Shown here piece after piece: positions 43,501-62,062 of a stretch of 64,000 nt of DNA. The number at the start of each line of letters is the position of its first letter. The stretch's first letter is position 1. The translations under genes were made by a program, and so were the position numbers. The stretch covers positions 62,001 to 126,000 of the forward strand of contig RHPI01000017.1 of assembly GCA_009103225.1 (NCBI GenBank), read 5' to 3'. The stretch is from Chlorokybus atmophyticus. Lineage: Eukaryota > Plantae > Mesostigma and Chlorokybus algae. Below the pieces are notes generated by a model. That model did no database searches, was not told the DNA's origin, and saw nothing but the letters and a program-made list of their open reading frames with translations.

Positions 43501-44362
43501 GGTCGAAAGTATCATCGAAGAAGCGCGTGGACTCCGAACTTAGTAAGACAATTGAGTCACGACGGACTCTGGATCAGGATGCAGTAGAGCCTTGGGAGAA
43601 ACCGCGTAGTTTCGTAAATACGTAAGCGTAGCAGGCGTGGCTTAACTTGTTGGAAAGCTCTGAGTGTAGTGCACGCAGTGCTTGCTACAACACAGACGTG
43701 TGTAGAGACTGGGGCATAAGAGCCCGCAAACTTGTGGCAATGAGAGAGAAGCTTGTAGGGGGCACAATGTAGCGCGTGTATGCTCTTGTAAGGCGGTTGA
43801 TGTGCATGTGTGTATGCTCATGATGTAGCATGTGTGTCTCAATGCGTGCAGTAGAATCATGTGCAATAGCTTGTCCGAATCTGAGCAAGGACGTGCATGA
43901 GCTACATTCATTCCTTGGTCTTAGCAATTACTTAAAAAGCTTATATTGGGATAATCAGCGAGAGTAGCCCCTCTCAACGATCTTACACATGATAAGATGC
44001 AGTGGCAATGGAATGTGAGGCAGTAGTCTGCCTTAAAATTAGTCAAAATTGCCATCATGCAAGCACCAATGTTGCGCTTGCCAGATTACACAAAGCACTT
44101 TGATCAATGATGCAAGCATCTTAGGGACGGGAGCTGTGGTACTGCAAGACGGTCATGTTTTGGCCAATCTTAGCAAGAAAATTTGTCCGAGAAAAACTAC
44201 ACCATAACAGTGCTCTTTTGTGTAATCCACGTGCTAATAAAATGGCGCTGCTACTTTGAGGGGGTGGAAGGCGGTTCGCGGTTGTAACCAACCACAATCC
44301 TCTTACATCCCTTAGACCCAACCAGCTTCGTGAAAAAGACAAGCGTGGGGGTGGGCTGAGCT
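40587..44362 (+). mobile_element. Heavily decayed Ty3/gypsy element (gag, RT, RNase H)
   Basis: Degenerate iMet-type PBS TGGTATCGGCGC (40587). Gag 'LLPRLECFSGSADSKGKDV..KARNKLATLRM..SVEDF'; RT 'LFVPKKNGKLRMCIDY..NRYPLPRI..VYLDDILVF'; connection 'VHELHSFLGLSNY'; RNase H 'DASILGTGAVVLQDGH..NHNPL'. Confidence 0.88.
43454..43859 (+). mobile_element. LTR fragment of a copia-like family inserted in the gypsy RT, with fold-back left junction
   Basis: Shares blocks with LTRs at 58575-58999 and 55997-56465 (CTTGTTGGAAAGCTC, ACGCAGTGCTTGC, AGACGTGTGT, ATAAGAGCCCGC). The left end is a perfect 22-bp palindrome (43454-43498). Confidence 0.7.
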
Positions 44363-44808
44363 TATATAAAAGTTTCACTTTAACTTCAACTTAAAATACA
44401 GGCCTGAAAGAGTTAACATGGCAAATCCCCTTGGTAGATCACCTCTGCTGCTGGCAGCAATGGCCCAAAGGGTGAACCCGAAAAAAGGGAGCACAACCCA
44501 AATAATGAAAGCTGTAACAAAATTGGGAAATTTGAGTTCGTCACCGGTAGGGCGGCGGCGGTAGTCACCTTGTTGCCGTCTTTGGCGTCGGAAATGGCAG
44601 GGGTGTTGGGGACAGCTTGTCCCCCCTCCCGCCCTTCAAAACCCTTATCCCACCCGCAACACACTTTGCCACACTTCCTACCCCATTTTCAACCTCGCCG
44701 CGCCTACAGCGCAGTCGCCACAGCGGCAAATCTGACCATGCGCCTGCTAGCAGAGTCGGCAGCCAAGCACGGCAACGGCGGTGGAGGCGGCGGCGAAGGG
44801 TGGTTAAT

Positions 44809-45072
44809 GCACGCTGTGTGTGTGGCAAGCATAGGAGGCTAACCATGCCTGTCTTGGGCCATCGATGTGAGGCCATCGATTGTGTTGCTCACACCATTGA
44901 AGGTGCACATACCCCTAGCTGTTAGCCTAGGCGGCGGCAAAGGGAGTTCAGTGCACGCTGTGTGTGCGGCAAGCATGGAGGGCTGAGCGTGCCTGTCTTT
45001 GGCCATTGCGGTGAGGCCAAAAATGATGTTTGCTTACACCATAGAAGGTGCACATACCCCTAGCTGCTAGCC
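44809..45072 (+). repeat. Diverged ~144-bp tandem duplication
   Basis: GCACGCTGTGTGTG..GAAGGTGCACATACCCCTAGCTG at 44809 and 44953. Confidence 0.8.
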
Positions 45073-45099
45073 GAATCAGAAAATAGGCACATGAAGGAA

Positions 45100-53060
<7,961 letters not shown>

Positions 53061-53295
53061 TATACACTTGATTAGCGTACGTGCAGCTAGGAATCTTGGA
53101 CTCTTGTCTCATGCTAAATACATTGCTGATTTGCGCGCAAACATTGTCAAAGAGACAAATACAACACAATCTCAGGCACAGGGCCTTTCTCAAAGTGATA
53201 CTTCACCAACTAGGGAGGTATCAACCAGTCAGCAAAGCATGGTAACACAAGGCTCAGGCCCAAGTGGGGAGGACTCCTCCCCACGTAGTTGACAT

Positions 53296-53480
53296 GTGAA
53301 GGGCCTTCACGTGTCAACTAACGCAGATGTGGAAGATGACGTTCCTGATATATTAGACGAGTTGTCTCGTGCTTACTCGGAAGACTCGTGGCTTCGCATC
53401 TTACTGGGACAAGCGGACTCAGGTCTTGCGTGCAATACACACGGCTTGTCGTCCAAGGACCAGGTATGGTTCTTTCAAGG
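53296..53480 (+). pseudogene. Gypsy pol linker/pre-integrase fragment, truncated at ~53480
   Basis: 'DILDELSRAYSEDSWLRILL..SKDQVWFFQG' resembles the segment preceding 'RLYIP' and the integrase HHCC (compare 'KQDGLLWHHGRLYIP' at 947-1423). Confidence 0.45.
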
Positions 53481-55485
53481 ACCCCGCGGACCATACCTGG
53501 TCCATATTCCGCGGGCAAGGACTGCCTGGTCCGCGGGGGACGGATTGTTCCTGGCCCCGAATAGAGGTGCGCACTTGCGCACCAGACATGGTGCGGCGGA
53601 CCAGTCAGGTGCGCTAATGTTTCAATGCAATAACGTATCGTTCCGCGGCTGTCGCGCACCGTACCTAGTTCGTCGTGAACCGCAAATGGCGCGGCACGGA
53701 CCAGTGACATTACTAGTCCGTGTACATATAGGCAGTCACGACGCCAGAGGCCTGCTTCTCAGCCAAAGCTTAAACCGGCCCGGTCATCGTTTTGCGCGGT
53801 GATTCACACCGTGTTGATGTGCTGTGCAGTGTTGCTTTACGTTGTGTTACAATGACTTGCACCGTTGAGGTGGTTGTATCAGCCGCGTGTTTTGACGGTG
53901 AGAGAGGCGCTGATGGATCAGTGTCTGTGTACGCTTGGTTCGGTCAGTTTACTGTTGTCGATCATGCTTATAATGGCATGTAACATCGGCGGATGGTGAA
54001 GTTTAAACGTATACTTACTGTGCGTAAACCGTGGAGAAGCCTGTTTGTGAGTTGTTTGTTAGCGCTGTTCGTCTTCGTGGCGTATGTAGTATATCCGTGG
54101 ATTTTTATCCGCTGCGTTGATATCGACTGTTTGCTGAATGGGTTTTGAGCTGGTTGTTGATGGCAGTGGCAGCGGCGGCGGGTGCGGTGTCATTGTTGTG
54201 CGCGTTATGGCAGCTCACGGTGTTGGCGATGATCATGCGCCATTGAGCGTGTCGTTGTCGCTCGATGGTCCGCTGCCGTTTATTAGACAGAGTGGCTCGT
54301 TTTACCTGGCCGGTTATGAGCAGGTGATCAGTTGACTTGACTCTTGCTGCTGTGTAATCAATGGATGGTGTGAATGCTTGGCGACTAGGTATGCCAATGT
54401 GCTGGTTGTTTGGTTTTGATGTGCGCTGTCTAGGTGTCGTTGGGATGGCCAGCTCTGATAGCTGGTTCTATTGCTGGTGAGGGGGATGGCGTGAGGGAGC
54501 TGCATGTGGCGTTGCTTGGTGGGTTTGGTTTTCGTTATAGTCTGCATCATGTGCGGCGAAGTGGAGGCATGCAGCTGCGGCTGAGCAGTGATTTGTTGGT
54601 TGTGGAGCATGTGGTGGGTGGGGTTGTGTTGGCGCGGTGGGTAATTGCACTCAGTTGTGATATGGAGCCTGGGCGGCGTCGACATTGGGTTGAACAGTGG
54701 CATGATATTGAGTGGTTGCCGTCCGAAGTTGGGCAGTGGAGCATGCATCCTCTGCAAGGCGGAGACAATGGTTACGTTAACAACTCTGGATTGCCCCCCC
54801 CCCCCCCCCCCCCNTGGCAGCCAGTCTTGCCGCGATAGCCTGGTAAGCATCTGCTTGCACGTTACTTGCTGTGCCTGTGCCTCCACATCATTGTGATATT
54901 GTCCAACATGCATGATGTGATGTACATGGCGTTAAGCTGTTGGCACATGTGGTGCACATGTCATTGCAGTAGTTGGAGCGCTTCCTCTGCATCCGGCTGC
55001 AGGAGGATAGAGGCTGCCCTGGTCGTGTCGGCTAGATGCATTGTGCCAGCATTAATAGCTGGTGGTGAATATGCAATGATCATCCCGTTGCAGCTGCTGG
55101 TGCTAGATTGCGTGTGCACCGTGTGGTTAGGAACTTGTTGATGTACGCTCTTCTGCATGCCTTAATTGCCTGTGTTGCTGCCGATGCACAGCAGTGTAGT
55201 GAATGTGACCATGTCGCAGTGCTGTGCACGAGGTACCTAGTGACCAGGTTGTCTGGCCCGCGTGTATGTGACACTCTCGCACTTGGAGCCTGTTGTGTAT
55301 GCGCATGGGGATGAGTAGTCTCCTGCCTAGGGTGTGATAAGGCTGACAGACAGCGTGCGTGTGCGGGGCTGCATGAGTCAGTGCATGTGTCATGTTGTCT
55401 TGTCTAAACATGTATTGAACTTTGCAATTGTGGCCGTGTAGTGACCTGTGCTAGTTGTCTGTGCATGTAGCGAACATATAAAGCA

Positions 55486-57742
55486 CTAGGCGGACCATGA
55501 CAATGGACCGCTACACATTGTGTAGCCTAACCTTTGCAGCATCAACCTGCTAAGGTACTCCGAATACACTGGTGGTATACATTCTACAAGGGTGGGGTCT
55601 CTGCATGTATCCAATCGATGCCGAGTGCATGCTGCCACGCGTGGAGTGTTCCGCGTGAGGCTGCTTTGTCGTATACGGGGAACATTTGCTGTGTGACAGA
55701 CAGTAGATGCTTGGGCAGTGCACTGCCGGTGCTGTGGGGAGACAGTGCTTGAAGGCTTTTCTTCGCATGATCGCGTACCACATCGACTTGCAGTTTGGGG
55801 CTGGTCTCAAATATTCTGTGTGCCGGAATGTATGCAGACGAAACATGGTACCGCAGAGCACCATGGTTGGGGACATGTGAGCTGCAGCTCATGGAACGTT
55901 CTCCACAATGTAAGGCTTCCCGCTGTTGCGCAAGCGACTGAGAAGGTGTGGTAGCAGAGTGCTGTGATTCCATGGCGCCTCGTGCATTGCGCGCTGTGTT
56001 GAGATTCGGACACTACTGACCATGCATGGAGTTGGTGCAAGCACAAGTACACACACTCTACCAGAGCATACACACAAGGCTGATCCACAAGGCTTTCTAA
56101 GGATTACAACAAAGTCATACCGCGGGCTTTTATACCCGCCAGTTCTGCACCTGTCTACTCTAGAAGCCACCACGACTTCTACACTCAACCGATTCCTGCG
56201 CTCTAAGTTGCACCACGTAGGTACTTTCATGAGCTTTCCAACAAGCTATGACACGCGCCATTCAATGACGTAACCACCGAGCTACAACGTTTCTTCTACA
56301 GCGCCTGGAAGTCTCCAGACTCCGGACTCGACTCCGCGCCTGGAACCTTCTCGACTGAAGTCCTCGCCTGGACCTTTCTCGATTGGAACCTTCTCGCGCC
56401 TGAAGCTTCTCGAGGCGATTTTTATCCACAGGGCAAGCTGACCGGATACAAGAATATCCTCAACACGCTGCGCATCTGTTATGCAGGCGGTATAGGCTTG
56501 ACAGGGCGGACTAGCCCAAATGAGGTCATACATGGCGAGATCTACTGTCAAGGCATCTCCTTGCACGAATGGAAACGGGTACTCCGGCTGTGCATTGATG
56601 TCTACACCGGTAAGAATACAGCCCCATGCTAGCGCCGCAGCCGCCGCAGCACAAGTCCAGCACCCGCGGCCGATGTGGTGGACTATCGCTGCGGAGGTGA
56701 GTGTGTGTCATCAGGAGCGGGATCGAGACAGTCCACAGAGGCAATGCATGAAAGGGGGGTTGCACTTTGCGATGTTGCTGCACACGCTGCCCTCCGACTT
56801 GGTGGCAGCTTGTGCTACCATTGTGGGTGAATGTAACGACGATGTTATGCAATGCCATGTTCAGGTGCTGGATGTCATTTTCATGGAAGCGGACACTGTG
56901 ACGACCTGCCACCAACCTTAAGTGAGCCTCGCGACATGGGCGCGCTTTGGCCAACACATGGTGCGTCGGTGTGCATCAGCTCTCACCGCTTTTGCCGTTG
57001 TAAGCATAAATTCTGCCACTGTACCAATTGACGTCCTTGGGCCAGTTCACCATGACGCTATACCCAAAGCACATTTGCCTTCGTGGCAGCGTAGGCGCTA
57101 TACAGCAGAGCCAGGGGCTGCTCCAGGCTGTAACAAACACATTGGGGGTTAGGAGATCTTCCACCACATTTGCAGGTGCGCAAGCATTGGCCAGGGTTGC
57201 TTCATAACATGTGCTCTTGGACTCACCATGTCAGTATCTGTGCTGCTTGAAACAGTTGCGGTGCTCAAGCGTAGCGTAGCCTGTCTGCATCCACAGCATA
57301 CGAGTTGCCCCTGCCAACCATGTGTCATGCGACAATGACATATATGTCATGTGAGGTGTGCTGCTGAACTGGTTGTGTACCGCAGTTCCAACTTATCTGC
57401 CTCTGCTGCTGGGTGGCTTCCGTACTGGCTGCACCCGGTCGCGCATACGGCATACACCGCATAAGATGCCCATGCCACTCAAAAGCAGAGCCATGGCAGT
57501 CAATGCACTTACCCCAGGTTGAAGAACTCCGGACTGGTGCATCTCTGTTGGCTGCGGCAGTACACTATGTGGTGGCCTGCTGCTTGATGATGCCAACAAG
57601 CTGCTGTAAAACCAAATCGCAGCAGGTAGGCGTCGCACTGCTTCTAATATCGGTTCAGCCTTGCTCGCTGTCCATTGTTAACCACGTATGCCTGGTAGAC
57701 GTCGCAGATCAATGTATTCCACCTCTTCGCCGCCATTGACAT
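55486..57742 (-). pseudogene. Spliced Tudor-domain + phage/bacterial-type C5 DNA methyltransferase gene, inactivated by a solo LTR, frameshifts and stops
   Basis: Tudor: 'FGYSVMVNWPKDVNWYSGRIYAYNGKS|GRHSVRFHENDIQHLNM' across an 81-nt GT-AG intron (56986-56906). The same frame runs to MTase motif I '[17 protein letters not shown]', followed by '[21 protein letters not shown]', motif IV '[12 protein letters not shown]', motif VI 'SGKPYIVENVP', 'LCGTMFRLHTFRH/RIFETS', 'WQHALGIDWI' and 'ECIPPVYSEYL'. Candidate first exon 57742-57513 'MSMAAKRWNTLICDVYQAY..'. Confidence 0.85.
55997..56465 (-). mobile_element. Solo LTR (469 bp) with 5-bp target-site duplication
   Basis: Termini TGTTGAG...CTCAACA. 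CGCTG is duplicated at 55992-55996 and 56466-56470. Its 5' 122 bp are nearly identical to 60702-60823. Confidence 0.95.
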
Positions 57743-57801
57743 GGATGGCAACACAACTGGCGGATAGTTGGCAACAATGCGGCACTGGCCATCATGTTGG
57801 C

Positions 57802-57829
57802 AACCCTAATTTTGTGAGTTAAACCCTAA
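57802..57829. promoter_or_regulatory. Two telo-box-like motifs (AACCCTAA) 60-90 bp upstream of the Tudor-MTase start codon
   Basis: AACCCTAA at 57802-57809 and AAACCCTAA at 57821-57829. Telo-boxes are known proximal-promoter elements in plants. Confidence 0.4.
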
Positions 57830-57883
57830 CAAAGCGAGTATTTCATTATCGGAGGTATGAGTCGACGGCAAGCACGACATCTG

Positions 57884-58574
57884 TCAGATGTCGTCCATGT
57901 TCATGAGAGTCAAGTCTTCAACGTCGCTGTCATCGTCGTCGGCCTCATGGTAAACATAGTCTATTGCCACATCAGTGTGGCTGCTGACCGCGGGAACAGC
58001 ATGTTGCCCACATGTCTGTGTCGAGCACGTATCTTGTGCCCCCTCGGTGGCGTTGTTAGCAGCTGCCGCATTGTGGTTTTCACACCCCAGACAGCTGCAG
58101 CTTTCCGTGCACGCTTGTTCAGCTTTCCTGCATTTGCATCATTTGGTGTGCCACCTGCCTGTCTTGCAACCACACCCTTTCATCAGCAGGTGCCTCCTGC
58201 TCATGGCTTGCATGTTGTCTGGCAGGTCTTGCACTGCCGTCCACATGCCGTCCAACTCATAAACATAAAATCCGTACTAACAGAGGTCTGGCAAACGCAT
58301 GTCTGACTCATAACTTTGCATCCACATGTGCACTGATTACACTGCACGCAGTGCGTGCAGCCATAGTGCGTCTACAGTGGGCATGGTGTCTCTGGGAGTT
58401 GATATTTTCTTCCACACAGTTTTGTGGATTGCTTCTAGCCAGGTTCACCCAAGGTGGCTTTATCACTGGTGGTGGCATCAGGTCCGTGGAGCTGATAATA
58501 CAAGGAAGCAAATGTACCACAGTCGAATGAACTGCGGTATTTCTCGAAATACGCACAACCAAGCAGTCGCAGCA
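57884..58574 (-). pseudogene. C-terminal fragment of an Academ-like (XPG-domain + Cys8 zinc finger) DNA transposase
   Basis: 'LRLLGCAYFEKYRSSF', 'WLEAIHKTVWKKIS..MPTVDALWLHALRAV*SVHMWMQ..LPDLC*YGF..' then 'GCGCKTGRWHTK*CKCRKAEQACTESCSCLGCEN' and an acidic tail. This matches my recollection of the PT..AL.LH..R...W / Cys8 C-terminus of AcademX proteins. It is cut on the right by the copia LTR. Confidence 0.65.
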
Positions 58575-58999
58575 TGTTGAGAGTCATTCCTACATACGAT
58601 CAGCATCGACCCTCCACACAGGAGTAGAAGGTCGTAAGGACGAGCACTAGGTCCGGACTTAGCAAGATGGCGTCGTCGGATCAGACTCCGGACTCCAGAC
58701 TGGAGCCTTTCTAACTGCTTCATATCTCCGCGTATACCTACTCATATTAGGCGTGTAAGAGCCTGTTGAGAAGCTCTGATTGTAAGGAAGACAACGCAGC
58801 TTAGTGCGCGTCAAAAGGCTGAGTATAGCTTACGCAGTGCTTGCAAACGTAGACGTGTGTTTAACTGGCTGGTATAAGAACCAGCGGACAACTTGTAATA
58901 GATGAATGTGATGTGACTTGTGTATGCTGTGGTGGCGGTAGCTCTGTCTCTGTGTGTCTATGCTTGCCACAAGTACATGTGCATGCTAGTCCTTCAACA
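58575..58999 (+). mobile_element. 5' LTR (425 bp) of Ty1/copia element
   Basis: TGTTGA...TCAACA termini, immediately followed by PBS GGTTATGGGCCCA (59000-59012). Confidence 0.92.
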
Positions 59000-59127
59000 G
59001 GTTATGGGCCCACACTACGCTTGAGGAGTGTGAGACTAGCTTGTGTGCATAGTAGTTCCACACTACGGTAGCTTGTTGGTAGCAGAGCCTTGGGTGTCAA
59101 CTGCAAGAAAAGGCAGGCACGACAGAG

Positions 59128-60701
59128 ATGGAGGCGACCTACGACAAGGGGCAGATTGCAAAGCTGGACACCGACAACTACAACACATGGTGCGTGGAGA
59201 TGAAGGCCTTGCTCATCCACAAGAAGGTGTGGAAATATGTTTATCTGAAGGCACCACCACCAATACCAGGAGCGAACACTGTGTGGTCAGAGCATTCAGC
59301 AGAAGCACACTCTTTGCTTGTGTTGAACTGCAAACCGCATCACTTTCCCATGCTCACTGCATGTGAAGATGGTAGACAAGCTTGGGAAAAGCTATTAGCC
59401 GTTTTCAGAGCCAAGAACAACGCCAGAAAGTTGCAACTACGCAAGCAGCTGCGCGCACTTAGGAAGGAGGCAGCGGAACCCATCATAAAGTATGTTGCGC
59501 GCGCGAGAGAGTTGTGGGCGGATCTCATTAACGTCGGCCACAACATGGGGGAGACGGAGATTGTGCTGGCTGTTGTTGCAGGGCTACCAGCAGAGTACGA
59601 GGTCGTCGCAACACTGCTGGAGACATCGTCATCAGAGTTGACGCTGGACGATGTACTACCGAAGCTGCTCACCGTGGAGCAGAGGGTGATGAAGAAGGAC
59701 GAGCAAGCTGATGCCGTGGCCTTCTACACCAAGAAGCACGGGAAGAAGAGCAACCATGAAGAGAAGAACAAGGGCAACAAGCTAGGCAATCCTCGTTACA
59801 AAGACCTCACATGCCACTGGTGTGGTTGGAAGGGGCACATTGTGAAGGACTGTAGGAAGAAACAACAGGGGCAACCTAGAGCAAGCACCAGCAACAGCGG
59901 CAACGAGCACCAACACAAGGAGAAACATGTCGCCTTCACTGCATCCAGTTCGAGGGCGGGCACAGCTTTTTGGGTGGTGGACTCTGGCTGCGATCGTCAT
60001 CTCACACCAAACAAGGAGGTGATGGAGGGCTACAAGAAGCTGACGTCCACAATCAAGGTGGCGGGCTTCGGTGCCAAAGTACTGGTGGCTGAGGGAGTTC
60101 GCAATGTACGACTCCAGTGCAAGGTTGGTAACACACTACGCGAGGTGTTGTTACGCAACGTCTTGCATGTTCCTAAGGCTATTGCGAGTCTATTCTCCGT
60201 GAGGGTTGCGGAGCGCTTAGGCGCGGAGATCCTATTTTGGAAGGGTGGCTGCTCAGTCATCCTTGATGGGGTCGTGCACATGGTTGGAATTGCTGATCCA
60301 GGAGGGCTCTACCACGTGGAGCAGCCTCAAGACAGAGACATTCAAGCTATGGTGGTAAAGGACCAGAAGTCGCCAACATTGTGGCATTGGAGGTTCGGGC
60401 ATCTCAGCTACGTCAACCTCACTCGCCTTGTCGCTGAGAAGATGGTCAAGGGCATCCATCTCAGCACAGAACTCAAGACTGCATCAGGTGCACTTTGTGA
60501 ACCATGCCTGGTTGCAAAGCAGCATGCTATGCCATTCCCATCATCCTCTTCTAGCAGTCAGCATCCTTGCGAGCTTGTGCACATGGATGTCTGTGGCCCT
60601 ATGCGCATTGTGGCGAAGGGAGGGGCCAGGTACTTTGCTACATTCCTTGACGACTACAGCAAGCTGTTCATCATCTTTCCATTGACGCTCAAGTCAGAAG
60701 T
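59128..60701 (+). CDS. gag-pol: Ty1/copia gag-pol (gag, CCHC knuckle, protease, GAG-pre-integrase, integrase start), interrupted at 60702
   Basis: 'KLDTDNYNTWCVEMKALL', 'CHWCGWKGHIVKDC', 'WVVDSGCDRH', 'LWHWRFGH', 'CEPC', 'LVHMDVCGP..FLDDYS'. The last 41 residues of the listed ORF are read-through into the inserted LTR. Confidence 0.95.
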
Positions 60702-60823
60702 TGTTGAGGATATTCTTGTATCCGGTCAGCTTGCCCTATGGATAAGAATCGCCTCGAGAAGATTCAGGCGCGAGAAGGTTCCAATCGAGAAAGGTCCAGG
60801 CGAGGACTTCAGTCGAGAAGGTT
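60702..60823 (+). mobile_element. 5' part of an LTR of the same family as the solo LTR at 55997-56465, itself interrupted by a gypsy element
   Basis: TGTTGAGGATATTCTTGTATCCGGTCAGC...AGTCGAGAAGGTT matches the solo LTR start with only a few substitutions. Confidence 0.92.
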
Positions 60824-61111
60824 TGTAACGGCGGTGGTCGCGAATCATCCACCGTCAACGTCATCACCATTATTACTAACCTAGCTAGAAGTTTCGGTAA
60901 CTTAGAAGCTTCGTTAGGTGTAGTATAAAAGACGCTCACTGCCTTTGTTAACGCGTTCTGATTTCGCCTGTCATTTGCCGTTGTCATCTTGCTGCCGCCG
61001 TGCATGCCTTTAGTTTAGGTTTGCTTCACTGGTGGAGACGCGGGGTAGGGACAGTGTGTACCCTACCACGAACCCAACGACAAAAGCCAGAACCCAGTTC
61101 CTACTGCTACG

Positions 61112-62062
61112 ATGGACGCCGAACAGTTCCAGCAGTTCATGACGCTACTGACAGTGACCCTGAGTCGACCACCCACAACTGGAGGACAAGATAGACGTGC
61201 TAAGCCAGCCCCGTACACCGGAAAGGACGACATCGAGATGTGGCTGGACCACTATTCTAATGTAGCAGCCTACCACGACTGGGACAATAATCAAAAGGCT
61301 CGAGAAATGATGTTGCATTTACAAGGGGAGGCAGCGGCATGGTACCTGATACAGCCAAACGACGTAAAGGTGAATTGGGATTTGTTAGTGGCAGCCTTAA
61401 GAGCTCAGTTTGGACAGCCCAATTCCATTGCAGCAGCGTTACAGAAGCTACACCAGTTGAAACAGTCAGCCACGGAGAGTGTTACAGCGTTTGCTATTAG
61501 ATTCAAGCAATTGATTGCCCGTGCGGACCCTACCATGAAGGAAGATGTCAAGTTGAGTTTTCTATGGCCAAGCATGCAACCTTCATATGCCCAAGTGGTA
61601 ATGGTTCATGCACCTGCTACCCTGGCGGAAGCTTTCGCCATCGCTCAAAGGATTGAAACGGCACGGCAGTTAATTAATTTCAAAGCCAAGCCCGCCCCTA
61701 CTTTGGCTACATTTAACACCCTGCCACCGACCAGTACTTTACAGTCGGTACCTGTCCTCACTGACACGGCGAGACCAATGGACGTGGATTCGCAGTCTGC
61801 GCAGTACTCACAATCATCAGCGCGCGGAAATCGGACCCCAAATCAGGTACGACAAATGCCGCAGCGACTTCCGGAGCGCGATGTCGAGGGACGCCCACGT
61901 TGTTTTAACTGTGATCGTTACGGTCACGTCGCCAAGTACTGCCGCGGCCCACGCCGACAGCAGACACCTCGTCTTGAACGACAGAACGTTCAATTTGATG
62001 AAGATGGAGCCGAGCTGTCAATCCCCGCGCCCCACATGTTGCAGGAAAACGGTCAAGCGTGA
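61112..62062 (+). CDS. gag: Gypsy Gag with CCHC zinc knuckle
   Basis: 316-aa ORF: 'PAPYTGKDDIEMWLDHY', 'LQGEAAAWY', 'QSATESVTAFAIRF', 'CFNCDRYGHVAKYC'. Confidence 0.95.
   Translation: MDAEQFQQFMTLLTVTLSRPPTTGGQDRRAKPAPYTGKDDIEMWLDHYSNVAAYHDWDNNQKAREMMLHLQGEAAAWYLIQPNDVKVNWDLLVAALRAQFGQPNSIAAALQKLHQLKQSATESVTAFAIRFKQLIARADPTMKEDVKLSFLWPSMQPSYAQVVMVHAPATLAEAFAIAQRIETARQLINFKAKPAPTLATFNTLPPTSTLQSVPVLTDTARPMDVDSQSAQYSQSSARGNRTPNQVRQMPQRLPERDVEGRPRCFNCDRYGHVAKYCRGPRRQQTPRLERQNVQFDEDGAELSIPAPHMLQENGQA

Noticed and set aside
55486-56680. Bacterial contamination as the source of the Dcm-like sequence
   Set aside because: It is interrupted by a resident solo LTR with TSD, is in frame with an intron-split Tudor domain, and shows the same decay as neighbouring algal DNA.
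60702-60828. C-terminal '[25 protein letters not shown]..' shared by the copia ORF and the MTase ORF (56282-56465), suggesting a shared domain
   Set aside because: Both are chance read-through into the same inserted LTR family, not a protein domain.
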